Part shown: positions 57,774-64,000 of the stretch, piece after piece
Position numbering within the stretch: position 1 is the stretch's first letter
Layout: each line of letters opens with the position of its first letter
Source: the human T2T-CHM13v2.0 reference genome, Homo sapiens
DNA: 64,000 nucleotides
Strand: one strand, 5' to 3'
Assembly (NCBI RefSeq): GCF_009914755.1
Contig: NC_060928.1
Made by a program: the position numbers and the translations under genes
The notes under the pieces: generated by a model
The model's input: only the letters and a program-made list of their open reading frames with translations
Database searches by the model: none
What the model was told of the DNA's origin: nothing

Positions 57774-60008
57774 TAATATGGTTTGGCTGTGTCCCCACCC
57801 AAATCTCAACTTGAATTGTATCTCCCAGAATTTCCACGTGTTGTGGGAGGAACCCACAGGGAGATAATTGAATCATGGGGCCCCGTCTTTCCTGTGCTAT
57901 TCTCATGATAGTGAGTAAGTCTCACGAGATCTGATGGGTTTATCAGATCTAATGGGTTTCTGCTTTTGCTTCTTCCTCATTTTCTCTTGCTGCTTTCGTG
58001 TAAGAAGTGCCTTTCACCTCCCACCATGATCCTGAGGCCTCCCTAGCCATGTGGAACTGTAAGTCCAATGAAACCTCTTTTTCTTCCCAGTCTCAGGTAT
58101 GTCTTTATCAGCAGTGTGAAAACACAGTAATACAGTAAATTGGTACCAGTAGAGTGGGGTGTTGCTGAAAAGATACCTGAAAATGTGGAAGCAACTTTGG
58201 AAAGGGGTAACAGGCAGAGGTTGGAGCAGTTTGGAGGGCTCAGAAGAAGACAGGAAAATGTGGGCAAGTTTGGAGCTTCCTAGAGATTTGTTGAATGACT
58301 TTGCCCAAAATGCTGATAGCAATATGGAACTTGTTGGGAACTGGAGTAAAGGTGACCCTTGTTATGTTTTAGCAAAGAGACTGGTGGCATTTTGCTCCTG
58401 CCCTAGAGATTTGTGGAACTTTGAACTTGAGAAAGATAATTTAGGGTATCTGGTGGCAGAAGAAATCTCTAAGGAGCAAAGCACTCAAGAGGCGATTTGG
58501 GTGCTGTTAAAGGCATTCGGTTTTATAAGGGAAGCAGAGCATAAGTGTTTGGAAAATTTGCAGCCTGACTATATAATAGAAAAGAAAAACCCATTTTCTG
58601 GGGAGAAGAATTCAAGTTGGCTGCAGAAATTTACATACGTAGCAAGGAACCTAATGTTAATCTCCAAAACCATGGAGAAAATGTCTCCAGGCCATGTCAG
58701 AGACCTTCAGCGCCCCTCCCCTCACAAACCCAGATGGCCAGGAAGAAAAGGTGGTTTCGTGGGCTGGGTCCAGGGTCCCTGTGCTGTGTGCAACCTGGGA
58801 CTTGGTGCCCTGTGTCCCAGCCACTCCACCCGTGGCTGAAACGGGCCAACGTACAGCTTGGGCTGTGGCTTCAGAGGGTGGAAGCCCCAAGCCATAGCAG
58901 TTTCCATGTGGTGTTGAGCCTGTGGGTGCACAGAAGTCAAGAAGTAAGGTTTAGGAACCTCCACCTGATTCAGAAGAGGTATGGAAATGCCTGGATGCCC
59001 AGGCAAAGGTTTGCTGCAGCAGGGGGTGGGAAACCTCTGCTAGGGCAGTGCCGAAAGGAAATGTGGGGTTGGAGCCCCTAGAGTCCCTAGTGGGGCAATG
59101 CCTAGGGGAGCTGTGAGAAAAGCGCCACCATCCTTCAGACCCCAGAATGGTAGATCTACCTACAGCTTGCATAGTGTGCCTGGAAATGCCACAGACACTC
59201 AATGCCAGCCCATAAAAGCAGCTAGGAGGGAGGCTGTACCCTGCAAAGCGACAGGGGTGGGGCTGCCCAAGACCATGGGAACTCACCCCTTGCATCAGCG
59301 TGACCTGGATGTGAGATCTGGAGTCAAAGGAGATCATTTTGGAGCTTTAAAATTTGACTGCCCCACTGGATTTCGGACTTACATGGGCCTGTAACCCCTT
59401 TGTTCTGACCAATTTCTCCCATTTGGAATGGTTGTATTTATCCAATATGTGTAACCCCATGGTAGCTAGGAAGTAACTAGCTTGCTTTTGATTTTACAGG
59501 CTCATAGGCAGAGGTAACTTGCCTTGTCTCAGATGAGACTTCGGACTGTGGACTTTTGGGTTAATGTTGAAATGAGTTAAGACTTTGAGGGACTGTTGGG
59601 AAGGCATGATTGGTTTTGAAATGTAAGGACATGAGATTTGGAGGGGCCAGGGGCAGAATAATATGGTTGGGCTGTGTCCCCACCCAAATCTCAACTTGAA
59701 TTGTATCTCATAGAATTCCCATGTGCTGTGGGAGGCACCCAGGAGGAGATAATTGAATCATGGGGGCCATTCTTTCCTGTGCTATTCTCATGATAGTGAA
59801 TAAGGCTCATGAGACCTGATGGGTTTATCAGGGGTTTCCACTTTTGCTTCTTCCTCGTTTTCTCTTGCTGCTACCACGTAAGAAGTGCCTTTTTCTTCCT
59901 GCCATGATTCTGAGGCCTGCCCAGCCATGTGGAAATTTAAGTCCAATTAAAACTCTTTTTCTTCCCAGTCTCGGTTATTTATCAGCAATGTGAAAACGGA
60001 CTAATACA
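57774..60008 (+). mobile_element. Complete THE1A MaLR provirus: 5'LTR 57774-58134, internal 58135-59658, 3'LTR 59659-60008
   Basis: THE1A-type 'aatctcaacttgaattgtatctc' in both LTRs. Perfect 5-bp TSD GGTGG at 57769-57773 and 60009-60013. Confidence 0.94.
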
Positions 60009-61623
60009 GGTGGAAAAGCCCAGGCATGTACAGGCTGGTAGATCAAGAGCTGGGCTTAGTGTCCACAAAACCAATTTCACTAATGCCATTGTCTGCCTAC
60101 TTATCAAGGCACTTGCCCAACCTCTCTGAAAGGCAAAATAACAGAACTCATTGTAAACATGCAACATGCCCCATTTGAGAACGCAATAAACCTATACATT
60201 CTTTCACTCAGATTATTAAAATGCATCTTTTTTTTCTTCTCTAACTCTAATCTTTCATGAGGTTCAGTGCAAGTGAACTTTTTCCAAGATTTTAGAGGAA
60301 AAAATCTTTCCCATTAAACCCAGACCATTTTGCACACAGAAGAAAGGGTGAAGTTGGAAGCACTCACCTCTTGGGTCTCACTTTTTGCTTAATTTGGTTT
60401 TATGGCTGCCAAGGGAATAATAAAGTCTGTACTACAAATGTTTGTTTTCCACAGGGCTGTATTGTTAGGTGAATGGTCAAACCTGTATTAACTAATGATT
60501 AAAAGACAAAGACAAAATCCTCAATGATATTATTGTTAATGTTCAGCTCCAGAAAATACATAAAAAATATAAACTGTAATTCTCAGAAGTGGGCTGTCTT
60601 TATCAAAAATGCAGTTTTTCACTTTTTATATACATGTAGAATCCATTTAAGCTTGACTTACATTTATTTCTTCTATTCATCAACATACTTTACAATAATT
60701 TCAGGGGCCATATACGGCTTTTAATTCTCCAAAAAGTATATTAGCATAAAAAGTAGGTTATTTTGGAGGGCCTTGCATTCTTGATTCATACTTTAGTTTA
60801 GTTTACTTTTTATTTTTCCATATCTCCATACTTAATTCAACTTTAGTGTGTCTTTCCTAGGACACCATATGAAATGCTTTTCTTCACCTTACTACTTTTG
60901 GAATGTGTTAGAATGACAATACTCATTCCTAATGCTATTGACATTTAAGCTGTTCCCTCAATTTGGCATTTTTTTTTTCTCTCTAAGGACCAAATTCTGG
61001 CTTTCTGGGCACCTACACTCACAGTGAAGGAAAATGGAAGGGACCTCACAAGGACACTGGCCAGGGTGACCTTCCTGTTTGTTAATCTTAGGAAGTCATG
61101 TAAAAACACTTTCCACCATTTTGCAGAATTCTCACTGCCATTTCTGTTGAGATATTTATTTTCCTTCTGAACCTTCCAGAGGAGCTGCTGAATTTTTGCC
61201 TTTTCTACAAAATATAAAATGTTTCCTGTCTACCTGTCTATGCCACAATGGCACCGAGAGGGTTTAACATGCACAGGTTTCCCCTACATAATTGTTCCTT
61301 GCTCTGATCTTGTCCATCCTCTAAGAAGATTCTCTCAATTACCTGCTCCTACTCCCAACCAGGCTTTACAATCAAGAAATAATCCAACCTATTCAGATTC
61401 TCCTAATAATTCCATTTATATGCACACGTTCTGTTTTTATTTTTTCAAGGCAAAGAGAGTGTCTCTTTTTAATTTGACCTGCAAGTTAGAGATTCCATCA
61501 TGCTGCTAATGCCTGATAAAATGAATCTGATTGAGTGATTAATGTGACTGTATTATTTTCCAGTCAGTTTTCTTATGTTAAATGAAATGCTTTAAAAATA
61601 TCGCTCAAATAAAGAGGATATGA

Positions 61624-61931
61624 TACCGGGAGTCGTGGCTCACGCACGTAATCCCAGAACCTCAGTACTTTGGGACACTGAGGCCGACAGATCACTCAAG
61701 GCCGGGAGTTTGAGACCAGCCTGGCCAACATGGCAAAACGCCGTTTCTACTAAAAATACAATAATTAGCTGAGAGTGGTGGCACACAACTGTAATCCCAG
61801 CTACTCGGGTGGTTGAGGCAAGAGAATCACTTGAACCCAGGGGATGGAGGTTGCAGTAAGCCAATATTGTGTCACCGTACTTCAGTCTGGATGACAGAGT
61901 AAGACTCTGTCTCAAAAAAAAAAAAAAAAAA
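61624..61931 (+). mobile_element. AluS (Sx/Sz-like)
   Basis: Full Alu with poly-A. GATATGA repeated on both flanks. Confidence 0.92.
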
Positions 61932-62304
61932 GATATGAATAACAAACAATAGCCTGGAAGCCATTATTTGGAGAGAGAAAAGAATTTAGAAAGAGCCACT
62001 AAGAGCCATAATCAAGGGTTCTTACTCTAATTTTACATGAGAATAATAATTATTGTTTATGTGTGTTTATTAATAATACCAAAAATCTTCTATTTCCCCA
62101 CTAAAACTAAATTATAGAATCTGTGGGAATTCCATCTAATAAAAAGCATCCGAATGGTAATATATCACATAATACTGAAATTGAACAAATGAGGGAAGGC
62201 ACCACTGTCAGCTCCTCTAAGCTGTAGAATCCCATGCTTCTCTCAGGCTCACGGTTATTCCTAACACTCACCCCATGCTTCTACGCATCAGAAAGTCTCA
62301 CAAG

Positions 62305-62520
62305 CACCTTACCTGTATCAGCTCATTTATCTTAAGAACAATCTTATAAAATAAACACTAGTATTTTCACTTCTATTTTACAGGTGAGGCAAAAGAGACA
62401 CAGAGAAGTTAAGCAGTTCATATAAAGTCACACACGTGATTGACTTAGAGATGGGACTTAAACCCAGGGAGTATGGTTGCAGAGCCTTGATCTTAACCAT
62501 GGCGTATATTACCTCTCTAA
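62305..62520 (-). mobile_element. MIR
   Basis: 'attttacaggtgaggcaaaagagacacagagaagttaag...aagtcacac...ggacttaaacccagg...cagagccttgatcttaacc'. Confidence 0.8.
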
Positions 62521-63387
62521 CTCATGTGTCCAACATGGTACCTGAAGTCTAACATGTAATCCAAAGTTAGGCTGACATTGTCAATCTGTATATTAAGTAG
62601 CAGCAGCATTTTATTTCTTTCTTTTTAGATGAAGAATAATTATAAATCAAAATTCAGTATTTTCTTTCTGTACCTCTATGCAGAAGTGTTTTTTCTTGGG
62701 CGTCTACACACTTTTTAGAGCCCTTTGGCTAAGATATCAGGCTCATCTTCACCTCTACAACACTCTCACTGCCTTTCAGATGTCCTGAATTCCCTTTATG
62801 GAAACTCTGAAGCCTTTCAATTCGCTCCTTGATTTTTACTGTCCATATAGCCCTTCCAGCATTTATGCATTTCCTTTAAGGTCATCCAAGTTGGAGGGGT
62901 ATGAGAGGGGAGGTGAAACTAACTAATGCTTCCTGTATGCCACACATTTTGTATATTCTAGCTCATGAAATTAATAAGCATTTCTCCAATAAAAAAGGCC
63001 TCTATAAATTAGGCAAAATATATATCTGATCTCCTGCTCATATTTTCAATAATCAGTAATTCCTTAACTGTACTTTGTTCCTGGTTTTAAGATTTTGCAT
63101 TCTTCTCTAGAAAAACTTAGTGAATTTCACCTACTAACTCCTTGGTTTGCCATCAACACTGCTTCTCAGACCTCAAATGGTTAGAAATAACTTCAGAGTC
63201 TCTGCTCACCTCACAATGATCCCATTTCTTTTAAGACCTGCCTACCATGCCACATCCCCCAACACACACACTCAGGGTTGGGAACCCCGAAACTACACCT
63301 GTACTTAAGATTTTGCACTGATGGCCACAGGTGCTTGATTCAAGGGCAAACACCTGGTCCTACACAAGCTAATCATATTTTCCTTAG

Positions 63388-63744
63388 TGTCTTAGTCTGT
63401 TTGGAATGTCATAAATACCATAAATTGGGTGGCTTATAAACAACAGAAATGTATTTCTCACAGTTCAGAAAATGGGAAAGCCCAAGATCAAGGCACTGGC
63501 AGATTCAATGTCTTGTTAGAACCCACTTTTTCATAGATGGCACCTTTTCAGTGTGTCCTCATGGTAGAAAAGCCACATAACCTCCCTTGGGCCTCTTTTT
63601 GTAAGGGCACTAATCTCATTTATGAGGGCTCTGCCTTCATGTCCTAATCTCATCCCAAAAGAACTCCCTCTTAATGCCATCCCCCTGGAGGTTAGAAGTT
63701 CAACTTATGAATTTTGGGTACACACAAATATTCAAACCAAAGCA
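63388..63744 (-). mobile_element. MLT1A-like MaLR solo LTR, apparently inserted in an older MLT1 fragment
   Basis: 'tgtcttagtctgtttgg...ggtggcttataaacaacagaaatgtatttctcacag...attcaaaccaaagca'. 5-bp TSD CTTAG at 63383-63387 and 63745-63749. Confidence 0.87.
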
Positions 63745-63834
63745 CTTAGGAATTTGGAATACAGACTCAGAGATAGCTGATTAGCTTCTGCCATATGACC
63801 AAGACCAAGAGCATGCTGACTTGAGAAGTAAAGG

Positions 63835-64000
63835 TGTTATAGACTGAATTATGAACCCTCAAAATTTACATGTTGAAACTCTAACCCCCTAGTGTGACTG
63901 TCTTTGGAAATGGGTTCTTTTGGGCAGTAATTAAGGCTAAGCGAAGTTGTTAGAGTGACAACCTAATCTCAGGGCTGGTGTTCTTTTAAGGAGAGGAAGA
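63835..64000 (+). mobile_element. MLT1B/C-like LTR, 5' part (runs off the window end)
   Basis: 'tgttatagactgaatt...aaaatttacatgttgaaactctaacccc...gtgactgtctttggaaatggg'. Confidence 0.75.

Noticed and set aside
58159-58839. 226-aa ORF as a host or domesticated gene
   Set aside because: It lies wholly in THE1A-int, has a non-ATG start and drifts out of the family reading frame. The homologous THE1C-int region is fragmented.

Overview
Primate (human-like/catarrhine) genomic DNA made almost entirely of transposable-element fossils. I found no host protein-coding exon, tRNA, rRNA or CRISPR array. Contents: five primate L1PA LINE-1s (full-length L1PA7-like 11816-19340 + and L1PA5-like 24088-30166 -, one 5'-inverted copy, one 5'-truncated copy, one cut by the window edge); two complete THE1 MaLR proviruses; solo LTRs (MER11, LTR12C, MER4A, an ERV1 LTR carrying three Alus, MLT1/MST/LTR33 types); seven Alus; DNA-transposon fossils (near-complete Charlie/Buster hAT transposase, MER44, MER20, MER5A, MER104, MER47, MER58); and L2/MIR/L1M fragments. 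Best second-look items: a three-level nest MER11>L1PA7>THE1C with all target-site duplications (TSDs) readable, an open L1 ORF0, a probable ancient Gypsy-like gag-pro-RT relic with two diverged LTR-like ends, closely spaced inverted AluYs, several template-switch scars, and two candidate minus-strand non-coding exons. I see no evidence for a new biological system. Subfamily names come from remembered consensus motifs, not a database search.
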